This document shows, piece by piece, positions 25,103-37,576 of a stretch of 64,000 bases of DNA; positions within the stretch are counted from its first letter, which is position 1, and every line of letters starts with the position of its first letter. The stretch comes from Amphiscolops sp. MND2022 (Eukaryota), in assembly GCA_964187785.1 (NCBI GenBank), contig OZ076413.1:25792001-25856000 (forward strand), given 5' to 3'. Below the pieces are notes generated by a model, which searched no databases, was not told the origin of the DNA, and saw only the letters and a program-made list of their open reading frames with translations. A program made the position numbers and the translations under genes.

Positions 25103-27270
25103 ATGAGATATGGTGGTGTGCCGATAGGAAGAAGCCCTAGTGGGTTTCAGAGGTCGTCCGAATATGACAGGGGAATCACGATGAAGAATGTACAACAAAT
25201 GACAAGGCATCGCAAAGCATTTGCAACAAGTGTGATGTGGAGGTACTAAATGGTCATTTGGCAATAATGTGTGACATGTGCTCTATATGGTTTCGTGAAG
25301 AATGTTCGGGTTTGTCCAAAAAGCAAATGAATGTCATCGGAGAGATCGACGCTTGCAAGTGGTTGTGTGGTTGTGTGGTTGGTGTCTGGACAATGTGGAT
25401 GATCGTCTCAAGTGTGTTTCTAACAATCTAGAAATAAAGAAGGACATCGAAGATATAAAAAGATTAGTAACCTCGTTTAATACCAATAAACCCACTTATG
25501 CATCCAAAGTTTCGGAAAAACCTCCCACTAATGTAAATGAAACTTGCACTGATAATCGTAACTATTCTGATGAACAAACACTGTACATTTCAGTCACAAT
25601 AGATGATGATATACTTTCTTCTAATGTATTACAAAAACGGAGGCTGTATACTCGTTTCCCCGGTATCAAACTTGATTTCACTTTTACCAACGAGCTTGGG
25701 GAGATTGTACTATTATTTAACAACAAATACTGTTGCACTAGAGTGAAAAACAAGTGGTGTTCGAATCTTCACGGACAGAAACTAGAGTTTTCCCACCGAA
25801 TGAAAGCAGATCAAATAAAGGTATAATCCGAGATGTGCCGATTGAAATTTCCACTATATATCAAAGGCGGAAAGGTCATACTTTTATTGGAATTAGTTTT
25901 CCAAAGAGAATGCACATTTAACGACTACCTTCAAAATGGATTTACGCTAGAGTATATGTTTTTCAAGATGGACCCAAAACGTACCACCAACGGATTGTTC
26001 AATGTTTCAACTGTCAACAATGGGGTAGCCATGTATCCAAAATTTGTAAAAACCAATCGTGGTGTGCCATCTGTGGCTACCAGCACCCAACACACCGTCA
26101 TAAAGAATATGTATGCCAGGAAAAGCATGAACAAGCAAAAGATTGTATCTCACCAAATGAAATCTACTCTGTCAATTGCGACAAGGATCACACAGCATTT
26201 GATAAAAACTGCTAATTGTACCAGGAAATATTGAAAACGTTGAACAGAGTCAACTCGTGATGAAACAATTTCTCTTAGCTATGAGTGTAAGTATTGCTGG
26301 TCTCTCCGCTCACTCGTGTATTGCTATAGATAAATATAAAAACGACAACAACATGAAAGTTATTAGGTCTCTGAAAGTTATGGAAATTATCTGGGTTTTG
26401 GTAACTACGACATCTACCGCGGCCAGTTAAGCAATCTTGGTTGCTCCTCATACACAAACAAATAATATCCTATGAAGTGAAAATAACACCCAGAGAAGGC
26501 GTTAATTGCTGTTTTGCAGCAATCTCTATTGAAAAAAGGAATTTTTCGCTGGGATCAATTTACGTACATTTAGGAAACAGTGAAAACATCGAAAGTGCCA
26601 CAGATGATCTGGCCGAAACGTATACGTTATAGAAAATTGAGAATAAAACCGGACCAATAATCTTCGGGGATTAGAATTCGGGGGATCCGCTATGGAGCAA
26701 CAAACTAGAAAAGAAATATGGTAAAATACTCGCCGACTACTGTGCCGAAATTAGTCTTTCTATAATAAGCCCTCACCAGCCCACTTTTGTCTCAGCAAGC
26801 GAGAAGGTAGCAGCAAAATCGATTTTTGCATCACTGAACAAAATTGCTCTGATCTGGTATACAATGCACGAGTGATCGAAGATATCGGTATCTTCTCTGG
26901 TGCTCCAGAGCAAGGTCATTGGCTTGTTCTATTTGATATAGATATTTCTGTGAAATATGATAATCCAAAACGGTGTGTGCTAAACTACGAAAAGGCAAAT
27001 TGGGAAGAAATAAGTATACAACTGGAAAATATTATGGTGGAGAACATGGATAGCATGATAACGGAAACACCTACGAAAGCTCTCTTAACATTCTTGGGCC
27101 TACTGAGAGAAGTTTGTGAAAATTCCATTCCACGAGAAACACTTCGTAAATATTCCAAACTATACTGGAGCAATAAATTGACTCACTTATCGAAAAAACT
27201 GAAAGATTCACCCAAAAAATACAGACTCCAATGTAACCCGAAAAACAAAAACCTTGTTGAAATGACAAAA

Positions 27271-28165
27271 GGTATTGATTACAAGACCAAATTTTTTCGC
27301 GCTTTTTCAATGCCAATGTGAAAATTTCGCTACGTTGAGCTGGAATCAAAAATTCTGCGAATGTGACCACTGATAATGTTCCGTTTGTACGTCATAGGGG
27401 CAGATGCTCTGACTGATAGTGATGTTCCTGTTTCGGTAGTCTTCGAATACTAACCTGTAGTAATTCTTCCACTGTTTGTTCTGATGTTCATGTCCAAAAA
27501 AGGCGATGTTCTGTTTTCCGGATCTTTCAATTGTAAACTTTAAATTAGGATGAAGCGTGTTGATTTTTTGCGACAGACCATCAATCTCGGATGTTCTTCC
27601 TGATTTAATTATGTCGTCCACGTACCTGGCAAAGAATTTTGAACGACCAGAGTCAGTTGTCTCGATCTGATCACACCCACAAGACCATTCGGAGTCTCAC
27701 CCGATGTCTTGATCTCGTTCAGAGACAAATTGGCATTTCCTGTGGAACCAACGATTGCAGGTGTCGCATTGTATTGATGAAACAGATGACAAAACCTTTC
27801 TACTGCAATTACCACAAATGTAATCTAAATGGGCAGTTAATGTAGCCAAATCACAATCTAACCGCATTTCGAACGATTTCACCCATATGTTCGCTAGAAT
27901 AACGGCCATTGACGCATTGACGCTCCCATCGCCACTCCGTCTTTTTGAACATTCCAAACGCAATCAGCTAGAAACCTTTACGTTTTTCACAAACAAAATC
28001 AACAAGACGTTAAAGGTGGAACGGGACAAATCTATGTCCTTTTTGTGACGAAACAAATGATTTACAGCCATGTCGATTGCTTCATCAACAGGTACAATTG
28101 TATACAAACCTTTTACGTCTAGCGAAATACTTTCGTCGTCTTCATCTAGAGTAACAGTGGTTTAT
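27271..28165 (-). mobile_element. Penelope-like (PLE) reverse transcriptase fragment with an embedded PHD finger
   Basis: Motifs in order: SLDVKGLYTIVP; QKDGVAMGAS/MAVILANIWVKSFE; CGNC..CDTC.RWFHRKC..WSCGC; ARYVDDII; INTLHPNLKFTIE; IAF(L)DMNI. This series is characteristic of PLE RTs. Frameshifted. Confidence 0.85.
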
Positions 28166-29539
28166 ATGGTCCAATAATAGCTCCTATAAAATCTTTTTTA
28201 TCGAATCGGAAAGTCAGTATTCAAGTCAATGATTATATCGACATGTCATTTGTCCCTCTTAGTGGTTTATCTCAGGGGGCTGTACTGTCACCACTTTTGT
28301 TTATATTCTATATGAAGGGCTTCCTCCAAGATGCAGACTTAACATATAAGTATTCAGATGACAGTACTTCTCTTTCCAGCAAAGAAAACCTAAGTACATC
28401 TTTAGAAAAGGCGGAAAACTATACATACAAATAGAGGCACGTGCTGAATAAAGACAAAACTGAACACATAAAGTTCTCAAACGAAGTATTTCGGTCCGAC
28501 TATAAATTTGTTGAGAGAAGTAGAATATTGGGCCTATGGTTTGAGCGAGAATTGAGTTTGAAAACACATGCTGCCATTATCTCTGCCTCAGTGGCTAATT
28601 TCTGGAAAGAAACTAATTTACTTATAACGCAAAGATTAAATCCATTTTACGCTGTCCGTATCTTTGATGCAAATGTGAATCCACGTGTAGCGTACTGTAT
28701 GATTACTTGGTTTCATCAAAACAAGACACCTCCGGACAAGATATGGTGGAGTGTTCATCAATCTATCTTTGGGATAAGAAACCACCAAGTATCGAAACAC
28801 GTAATTAGTGTTTTGAGTAATATTTGGCCTCCTTCTTTTTTTTTACACTAATCAAGTATTAAAGTTTCTACATTCAACTGCTAGAAGTGCAGATATTCTA
28901 AACCCAGGTAATTTAGCAATCATACCCCAACATATTAATATGGTGAGATTGTTTTTGGTACACAAACTTTCAGTTGTAAATCGTGATCCTGATGAAATTA
29001 AGGCAAAAACCATACTAATATGCTAGAAAATCCTCAGTCAAGACTTTTAGGAAGGAGGTGGAGGAGTATTTTAGGCACTTATGGCAACGAGAAACAAAGC
29101 AAAGTCTTATGTACTCAAATTTTTTCAGGGATCAAAGTAAGAAACAGCATCATGAAAATGCTAGCACCATATCCTAGGAAAATTTCTGTCAAAATGCTAT
29201 GTTTTCTATTGAATGATTTTGAAGTACGAGAAGTATTATTCAGAAGTAATAAGAGCAAAACCGATATTCGTCCCTATTGTAGAGTTGTCGATGATACTGC
29301 ACATTTCTTATTTTCCTGTGTCTTATACCAAGAACACCGAAGGAGTTTCATAAGGGAGCGTAAAAATCAAAAAATTGACGAAACGCTAGTTACTTTGCTA
29401 AATTGCGAAAACAAGCATGTCGTAAGGGCGGTGGCTGGCTTTATTGCAAGCATCGATAAATTCTTATAACCCTGCAATCCTCAGTTGCCTTCCTTCTGTG
29501 TCAATTCTGTTATGCTATTTTCTCCGCAGCTGACTAATT

Positions 29540-30110
29540 CTTGACAATTATGGGAATAAACTCTTTTAGCGTGTCTTCTAAATCTTTTCAAGATGTTTCA
29601 AATACGTTTTTCTCATCGTACCATGAAATACATCGAAGAAAAAGTAACTTAGCTTTCTCAACAACGGGCAAGATTTCTGGTTCCAAACCAGAGCATTCGT
29701 TGTGGTACCAGGAGTCGCAGGTGTCACATTGTACCCATTTCTCGTTTGGCCTTTCTTCGTTCTTGCATTTTGCATATTCGTTAGCATTGGAGGGTGTTTG
29801 TAGGCGTCCCTGTGTTTTAGTCCTTTTGACATTAGTCCAGTGATGTTCCAGTGGACCCGTAACGATTAATGTCCGAAGCTATTCAAGAAGTTTATAATTA
29901 CGAGCTGATCCGAGGGTGCATTCCTTCGTATTCGCTCCAAATGAAACTCAAAACAGAACAACAATTGATCGAGAGCAATACGACAGTCGGATATCGTTGG
30001 GGTTGTAAATAAGAATAAAAGCGGCTTATTGTATCCATGTTGAAGGCAAGCACAGCGGAAATATGATGTCCAGCTTGGCACCGGTATAAAGATGACAATC
30101 TATATCATCT
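29540..30110 (-). mobile_element. 5' fragment of another PHD-ORF1 LINE ('H')
   Basis: Minus strand reads EKWVQCDTCDSWYHNECSGLEPEILPVVEKAKLLFLRC at about 29630-29745; its CACTGGAACATCACTGG tract also occurs in the family A 5' UTR at 38122. Confidence 0.65.
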
Positions 30111-30339
30111 TAATTTTTTTATTCTATGTTTTTCCTCTATCAGATATCATGGATCTTCGTCATCAATCAAGTGCCATGTATATCAGCATGTTGGGGGGAG
30201 AAGACACACACCCGCGGTGTGCAACGAAAGTGGGGAACCACATACCAGCCACTATACCAGTAGACGAGTAACAATAAAAACAACCAACAAACTACTCAAA
30301 CCAGCCACTAAGCAGTCGACCGGTAGAACTTTTTATAAG

Positions 30340-32950
30340 CTGCTATGATATAAAGGTCAAAAAATTTAGGTTATATGTAATAAATTTCTTCGAACGCATC
30401 TCTGTCGCTAACAATTCTTAGAACACAGGCCGCATTGCCGATCTGAAGAGCCATTGAAATCCGTTGCTTCAAGAAGCTGCCAGCTCGTTGATCGTCGTGC
30501 GAACGATAGAGCATTTTACAGAGACGCGTGATGAAAATTTCACTGCTCTCGCCTAAAGAAACCTGTACTTCCAAGGCCACCGGCTGAAAAATGTAACCAT
30601 TGTCTATTAATTCGCGATACCTCTCAATTTTACGCGCTTCAGCCTCGGTGGCGGTGGTTCCCGGGTTGCATAAAGAACCTTGATTCAGGCAACTTGGTGC
30701 AAGAGCATCCACAATCGTGACATCCCACACCAGCTGTTTACCCATTTCCCAAGGAACCATGGTAACACCGTCTGAGCGTTTGTCAGCTGTTCGGTACAGT
30801 CCACGCGGTTCGATTATTGAAGGCAAGTCGAGAGATCCCAACGTCTGCTTTATGAGAGAATTGAGAGTAGCATGACGTGAGAAGCGACCAGCACTCTTGG
30901 TGCAAGAAAGACCGTGTAAACCGTCCCGTTCAACTCTTTTACCACAGTGGCACGTATGCGCAATGCAGATGTTGGTACCGAGACGCAAACCAATTGAAAT
31001 TCGATGTTGTTGATCATCAAGTTTCAGGCCTAGGTTCTTGCAAGGAACGATGTTCAGCCATTGAGACCCGAATTTACCTTGATGATCGTGGCAAATTTTC
31101 GAACGTTTCTCATCAATTCTAGAAATCAAGTCTTGGGCGGTTTTGACGAAGACAGGTTGTGTCCAATTTTTCTGGGTTCCATCGAGAAGACTTTCCTGTT
31201 CATTCGTCAAACTCAACCATTTCTCTAGAACTTTTGTAAGTGAAACATCTTCCAATGTTTCCGAGAAAATCGCCGTGAGAAAATCACTCGCACCAAAAGC
31301 TGAGCTGAGGCCAAAAGGCGGGAAGTGCTAATAATGATGCGGATGAAACCCCAAGACCACCCATCTCAGCAGGCAGAGCCAGCTGAGTACTCGAAATATC
31401 GTCGATGTTCACGTTGCACACTTTGGAAAGCTCGTCGCGGACGGTTTTGTCATATTTCTCCAAGAGAGTTGGATGATTAAAATATGTACTGGTTCTCAGG
31501 AAGTACAACAACTTTGGCAAACTGAAGCAATTTTTCAACATAATAGAACAATAGTGCGCATCTAGTTTTTCGACAATACCGTTAACTTTTTCCAGTTCAA
31601 TAATTTTCTTTTCCAAAAGGTCTGCTTGTGATTTCGAGCCGAGCGGTGAACCAAGAAAGATAAGTTCATCTTTCTTTGCTGTTTTGATCCCGGAGCAAAG
31701 TTTTTGGAAAGATGCTAAAATTGTCGATCGTCTTTTTTCAGTGATGTCACCAGGGAAAAATTTTCACATTTCGTGGGTTTAATTTTGAGTCCCAGCGTTC
31801 TTTCGGCATCAATATTTTTTTTTGAGATCTTTCCAAACGGTTCGGCAATCATCACTTAAATTTCCATCGTCTAGATACCATAAGTTTATTTTCGACTCCA
31901 AACTGTCAATCAGATCCTGAATGGAATCCGAAAACAAAGCAGGAGACTCAGGATCTCCTTGCTGGGTCCCTTCACAAGATTTGATTACTCAATCACCGTA
32001 AAAAAGAAAACTTGGCTGACTGTACGCCGAGTGTGAATACTTATAAACTTCAGGGTGTATTTCAAAAACTTTCTCTAGCATGAATTGCCGGTTTATCGAA
32101 TTGAAAGCGTTTTCAAAGCCAATTTTCAAAATTACGTTTTCTTTGGGCTTAGGGCTTTCTATCAAACAACGGAAAACATGTGAAGCCAATTGGGTAGACG
32201 GAAGTCAGTCGGAGGAACGGGATCGAAAATCAGAGTTAGTCCTCAGGTCGACATATCAAATTTTTGAATGGGATCGAAACAACTCGCATCGAAATTTTTA
32301 CAACGTAGTAAGGCAGTGTACGCCTTTGATCTAATTGCTCGGGTCTAATGGAAATAGATCTAACTGTTAGGTCTAACTTTCAGATCTAATTTTATCTAAA
32401 AAACTTAGGTCTAACCCCTTTATGATCTAATATGTGTTCTGAAAGCGAAAGTATAATGTGGGGGATATGCGGTGCATGCACGCTCGCCCTCACCGTCGCA
32501 GAGACCAGCTCCCACTACCATCGCTTCGCGATCTCCGTTCCCGCTAGGTCTTTGCTCCTGTTCGACATCGCGTAGCAAGATGTGCATATAAGCGACCCCA
32601 AGGGGCCGCGGGGCTCTAGAGGAACTAGGGACATATCCGAGGCACGTTTATACTTTATCTCACTTTTTAGTTTTAGATCCTAATTGACTATTTTTTTTCT
32701 CAAATTAGTTCAAATTAGAAGAAATTTTTAGAACTGATTATTTAAATCAATTTATTTAGATCTCAATTTTGCCCCCTCTCTTAGATCTATTCGACCTTAT
32801 TACAGCCACCCAGGCCAATTCAGCGTCCCTTTTGGTGCCTACACCTACTTGTCGATTTCCATATCTTGCTTGACGTGATTCGAACACATGGTATCCGGCA
32901 CATTTTGCGGACAATCGGCGGAAAGTGTTGCCTATAGCGATAGGACGAAG
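30340..32950 (-). mobile_element. CRE-clade-like non-LTR retrotransposon (RT, CCHC knuckle, restriction-like endonuclease), 5'-truncated and decayed
   Basis: RT LRPIAIGNTFRRL (about 32900-32945), QVGVG, FENAFNSINR, GTQQGDPESPALF, WYLDDG; ORF 30371..31255 has CHC...HGLSC, RH, KRSDG, WDVT, AEARK..RY and QRISMALQIGNA, the RLE signature. Confidence 0.9.
32192..32811. mobile_element. Composite Mutator-like MITE inserted in the CRE RT
   Basis: TSD AAGCCAATT (32183-32191) vs AGGCCAATT (32812-32820); ends GGGTAGACGGAAGT... and ...TTACAGCCACCC; interior filled by a second, TAGATCT-rich element; excision restores RT ...DAELASHVFR. Confidence 0.85.
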
Positions 32951-32957
32951 TACTCCA

Positions 32958-32985
32958 TAATTGTTGTGATAAACATATTAAATAG
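32958..32985 (+). other. Spliced-leader-like motif directly fused to the ORF1 ATG of LINE G2
   Basis: TAATTGTTGTGATAAACATATTAAATAG then ATG at 32986; upstream flank is unrelated CRE sequence. Confidence 0.75.
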
Positions 32986-35900
32986 ATGATATATGGTGGT
33001 GTGCCGATAAGAAGAAGCCCTAGTGGATTTCAGAGATCGGCCGAAGATGACGCGGGGGGATTCACAAGGCAGAATGTACAACAAATGACGAGGCATCTCA
33101 AAGCATTTGCAAGAAATGTGATGTGGAGGTCCTAGATGGTCAATTAGCAATGTTGTGTGACATGTGCTCTATATGGTTTCATGAAGAATGTTCGGGTTTG
33201 TCCAAGAAGCAATTAAATGTCATCGGAGAGATCGACACCTGCAAGTGGTTCTGTGGTTGGTGTCTGGACAATGTGGATGATTGTCTCAAGTGCGTGTCTA
33301 ACAGTCTAGGAATGAAGAAGGATATCGAAGATATAAAAAGATTAGTAACCTCGTTTAATACCAATAAACCCACTTTTGCATCCAAAGTTTTGGAAAACCC
33401 TCCCACTAGCGTAAATGAAACTTGCACTGATAATCGTAAATATCCTGATGAACAAACACTGTACATTTCAGTCACAATAGATGATGATATTCTTTCTTCT
33501 AGTGTATTACAAAAACGGAGGCTGTATACTCATTTCCCCTGTATCAAACAGGATTTCAATTTTACCAACAAGCTTGGAAAGATTGTACTATTATTTAACA
33601 ACAAAGGCTGTTGTACTAGAGTGAAAAACAAATAGTGTTCGAATCTTCTCGGGACAGATACTAGAGTGTTTTCACCCAATGAAAGCAGATCACATAGGGG
33701 TATAATCCGAGATGTGTCGGTTGAAATTTCCACTGATGACATCAAGATTGTTTTAGCTGGCGAAAAAGAGGAAGAATTTCGAGTGATCCGACATATCAAA
33801 GGCGAAAAGGCCATACCTTTAGTGGAACTGGTTTTCCAGAAAGAATGCACATTTAACAAATATCTTCAAAATGGAATTACGCTAGAGTATATGTACTTCA
33901 AGATGGACCCAAAACGTACCAGCAAACGGATTATTCATTGTTTCAACTGTCAACAATGGGGTAGTCATGTATCCAAAATTTGTAAAAACTAATCATGGTG
34001 TGCCATCTGTGGCTACGAGCATCCAACAAACCGTCATAAAGAATATGTATGCCAGGAACAACATGAACACACAAAAGATTGTATCCCACCAAATGAAATC
34101 TATTGTGTGAATTGCGGCAAGCATCACACAGCTTTTGACCAAAACTGCGAAATGTACCAGGAATTGTGGAAAAAGTTGAACAGAGTCAACTCGTGGTGAA
34201 ACAATTTCTCTTAGCTATGATTATAAACATTGCTGGTCTCTCCACTCACTCGTGTATTGCTATGGATAAATATATAAACGACAACAACATAAAAGTTATT
34301 ACGATCTCTGAAAGCCATTGAAAGATTCAGGGTTTTGGAAACTACGATATCTACCGCGCCCATTCAAACAAACTTGGTTGCTCCTAGCTCATACACAGAC
34401 AATTAAACGCCTATGAAGTGAAAATAACACCAGAGAAGGCGTTGATTGCTGTGTTGCTGCAATTTCTACTGGAAAGAGCAATTTTTTGCTGGGATCAATA
34501 TACGTACATTTAGGAAACACTGAAAACATCGAAAGCGCCACAGATGTCCTGACTGAAGTGTATACGTTATGCAAAAATGAAAATATAACCGGACCAATAT
34601 TCTTCGGGGATTGGAATTCGAGGCATCCCTATGGGGCGATAAATTAGAAAATAAATGTGGTAAATTACTTGCCGACTACTGTGCCGACAATAGTTTTTCT
34701 ATAATAAGCCCTCACCAGCCCATTTTTGTCTCAGCAAGCAAGCAAGGTAGCAGCATAATCGATTTTTGCATCACTGAACAAAAGTGCTCTGATCTGGTAT
34801 GCAATGCACTAGTGATCGAAAATATCGAATACTTCTCTGGTGCTCCAGAGCAAGGTCATTGGCCTGTTCTATTTGATATAGATATTGCTGTGAAATATGA
34901 TAATCCTAAACGGTGGGTGCTAAACTACAAAATGGCAAATTGGGAAGAAATAAGTATACAACTGGAAAATATTATGGTGGAAAACATGGATATCACGATA
35001 ACGGAAGCAAGTACGAAAGCTCTCCTAATATTTATGGACCTAGTGAGAGGTGTTTGTGAAAATTTGTTTCCACGTAAAACAGTTTGTAAATATTCCAAAC
35101 CATACTGGAGCAATAAATTGACTCACTTATCGAAAATACTGAAAGATTCACGCAAAAAATACAGACTCCAATGTAACCCGAAAAACAAGAACATTGTTGA
35201 AATGGCTAAAATCGAATTCAAAAAGGAAATGAAAAAGAATAATGTCCGTTGGACGCAAATTGGCATTATGTAAATGAATGAGGATTTTTCGATAATATCC
35301 GCAAACTCAATGGCTCAATGGACCTAAATAACATAGGAGTACTTCGTCACAAGGGTAAGACACTGGAAAAGGATTGCCATAAAGCTGCGCTCTTTCAACG
35401 TATTTTCTTCGATGGTGCACACTTTACTGGTAAACTAATTGACGACGCTTTTTATGAAAAAACAAAAGAAGAAGTGAATGAAAAAGTAGCTCACACCGTT
35501 GGGGATTATTACAAGGAGGAGGTCAAGGATGGTCTAAACATGCGTATTACAATGGATGAACTTAAACAAGCCATAATGAAAATGAAGACAAACAGCAAGG
35601 GCGTGGATCCTTATGGCCTTCATTCTAAACTAATGAAGAACTTCAAATTTAACACCATTAACATAGGTTAGCACTTGATAAACAGTGCATTCTTCAAGGG
35701 GATTTGGCCATTCGATAAAACCATAGTCAAACTCTTGAAAAAGTCTGGCAAAACTGAATATTTTAATCCATCTTCATGGAGACCTATTTCACTTACATCC
35801 CATTTGGGAAAGTAGTTGAACGACTGATAGATAGAAGACTAAGATCATCAGCTATACTCGACATTGATGAGCAATAATTTGATTCTCAGCCAGGCAAGTC

Positions 35901-37346
35901 AACTTTGCACTATTTACACAAATTATAACATGATATCTTAGCAATGAAAAATTTACCAATAGCAACAGTATAAGATCTAGAGAAAGCTTTTGGCTCCGTA
36001 GATCAAATTTTTTGCTAAGCAAGCTAATAAACAGTGGTTTAAATGGGCCAATGTTAGCTACTATAAAATCTTTTTTATCGAATCGGCAAGTCAGTATCCA
36101 AGTCAATGATTTTATCGACATGTCATTTGTCCATCTTAATGGTTTACCTCAGGGTGCTGTACTGTCATCACTTTTGTTTATATTTTATATGAAGGGCTTC
36201 CTCCAAGATGCGGACTTAACATATAAGTATGCAGATGACAGTACTACTCTGTCAAGCAAAGAAAACTTAAGCACATCTTTAGAAAAGGGGAAAAACTATA
36301 CATACAAATGGAGGCAGGTCCTGAATAAAGACAAAACTGAACATATAAATTTCTCAAAAGAAGTATTTCAGTCCGACTATAAATTTGTTGAGAGAAGTAG
36401 AATAATGGGCCTATGGTTTGAGCGGGAACTGAATTTCAAAACACATGCTGCCATTACCTCTGCCTCAGTAGTTAATTTCTGGAAAGAAACTAGTATACTT
36501 ACAACGCAAGAATTAAATCCATTTTACGCTGTACGTATCTTTCATTCATATGTGAAACCACGTGTAACGTACTGTATGACTATATGGTTTCATCAAAATA
36601 TGACATCTCTGGACAAGATGTGGTGGAGTGTTCATAAGTCTATCTTTGGGATAAGAAACTACTAAGTATCGAAACACGTAGTTAGTGTTTTAAGTAATAT
36701 TTGGCCTCCTCCTCTACTCTACACTAATCAAGTATTAAAGTTTCTACATTCAACTGCTAGAAGTGCAGATATTCTAAACCCAGGTAATTTAGCAATCATA
36801 CCCCAACATATTGATATGGTGAGATTATTTTTGGTACACAAACTTTCAATTGTAAATCGTGACCCCGATGAAATTAAGGCATTATACAAATATTATGCTA
36901 GACAATCCTCAGTCAGTACTTTTAAGAAGGAGGTGGATGAGTATTGCAGACACTCATGGCAACGAGAAATGAAGCAAGGTCTTATGTACTCAAATTACTC
37001 AGGGCTTAAAGTAAGAAACAGCATCATGAAAATGCTTGCACCGTATCCTAGGGAGGTTTCTGTCAAAACGCTACGTGTTCTAATGAATGATTTTGAAGTA
37101 CGCGAAGTAATATTCAGAAGTAAAAAGAGCAAAACCGATATTTGTCCTTATTTTAGAGTTGTCGATGATACTGCACATTTCTTATTTTCCTGCGTCTCAT
37201 ACCAAGAACACCGAAGGAGTTTCATTAGGGAGCTTCAAAATCAAAACATTGACGAAACGGTAGTTGGTTTGTCAAATTGCGAAAACAAGCATGTTATAAA
37301 CGCGTTGGCTGGCTTTATTGCAAGCATGGATAAATTCTCATGGTAA
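32958..37346 (+). mobile_element. Decayed full-length LINE 'G2' (I/Jockey-group-like)
   Basis: Leader then ATG at 32986; PHD (33123..), knuckle CFNCQQWGSHVSKIC, APE (GDWN, SIIDF, GHWPV), RT WRPISLTSHLGK, DLEKAF, GLPQGAVLSSLLFIFY, YADD, C-terminal CCHC-like region to the stop at 37346. Confidence 0.9.
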
Positions 37347-37470
37347 ATGGTCAGTTGGCTTATTGCCATTTGGCTCAAAGTCATTTGGCTTAATACAATT
37401 GGTCACTTGGCTGAACTTTTTTAGGCTAAGTGTCTCGGGTATTGGTCACTTGGCTTAAAGTCATATGACT
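37347..37470. repeat. Fragment of a repeat built from GGTCA(C/T)TTGGCTTA subrepeats
   Basis: Five to six spaced copies; a related block lies at about 58730-58830. Confidence 0.6.
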
Positions 37471-37576
37471 TGAATCCACCTAGTTGAAAGAAAACACGTG
37501 GCAGATTTTGTCGAATTTATCTTTATAACGTAGTCAGCGTATCATTATAACATGTCATATAGAGTACCCCTCGGAT

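Larger units (their letters stand above)
25071..29469 (+). mobile_element. Decayed full-length LINE 'G1' (I/Jockey-group-like): leader, PHD ORF1, knuckles, APE, RT with its centre replaced, C-terminal CCHC
   Basis: PHD CDMCSIWF.EECSGL...W.C; APE fragments; RT GLSQGAVLSPLLFIFY and YSDD; C-terminus PYCRVVDDTAHFLFSC; homologous throughout to 32958-37346. Confidence 0.85.
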
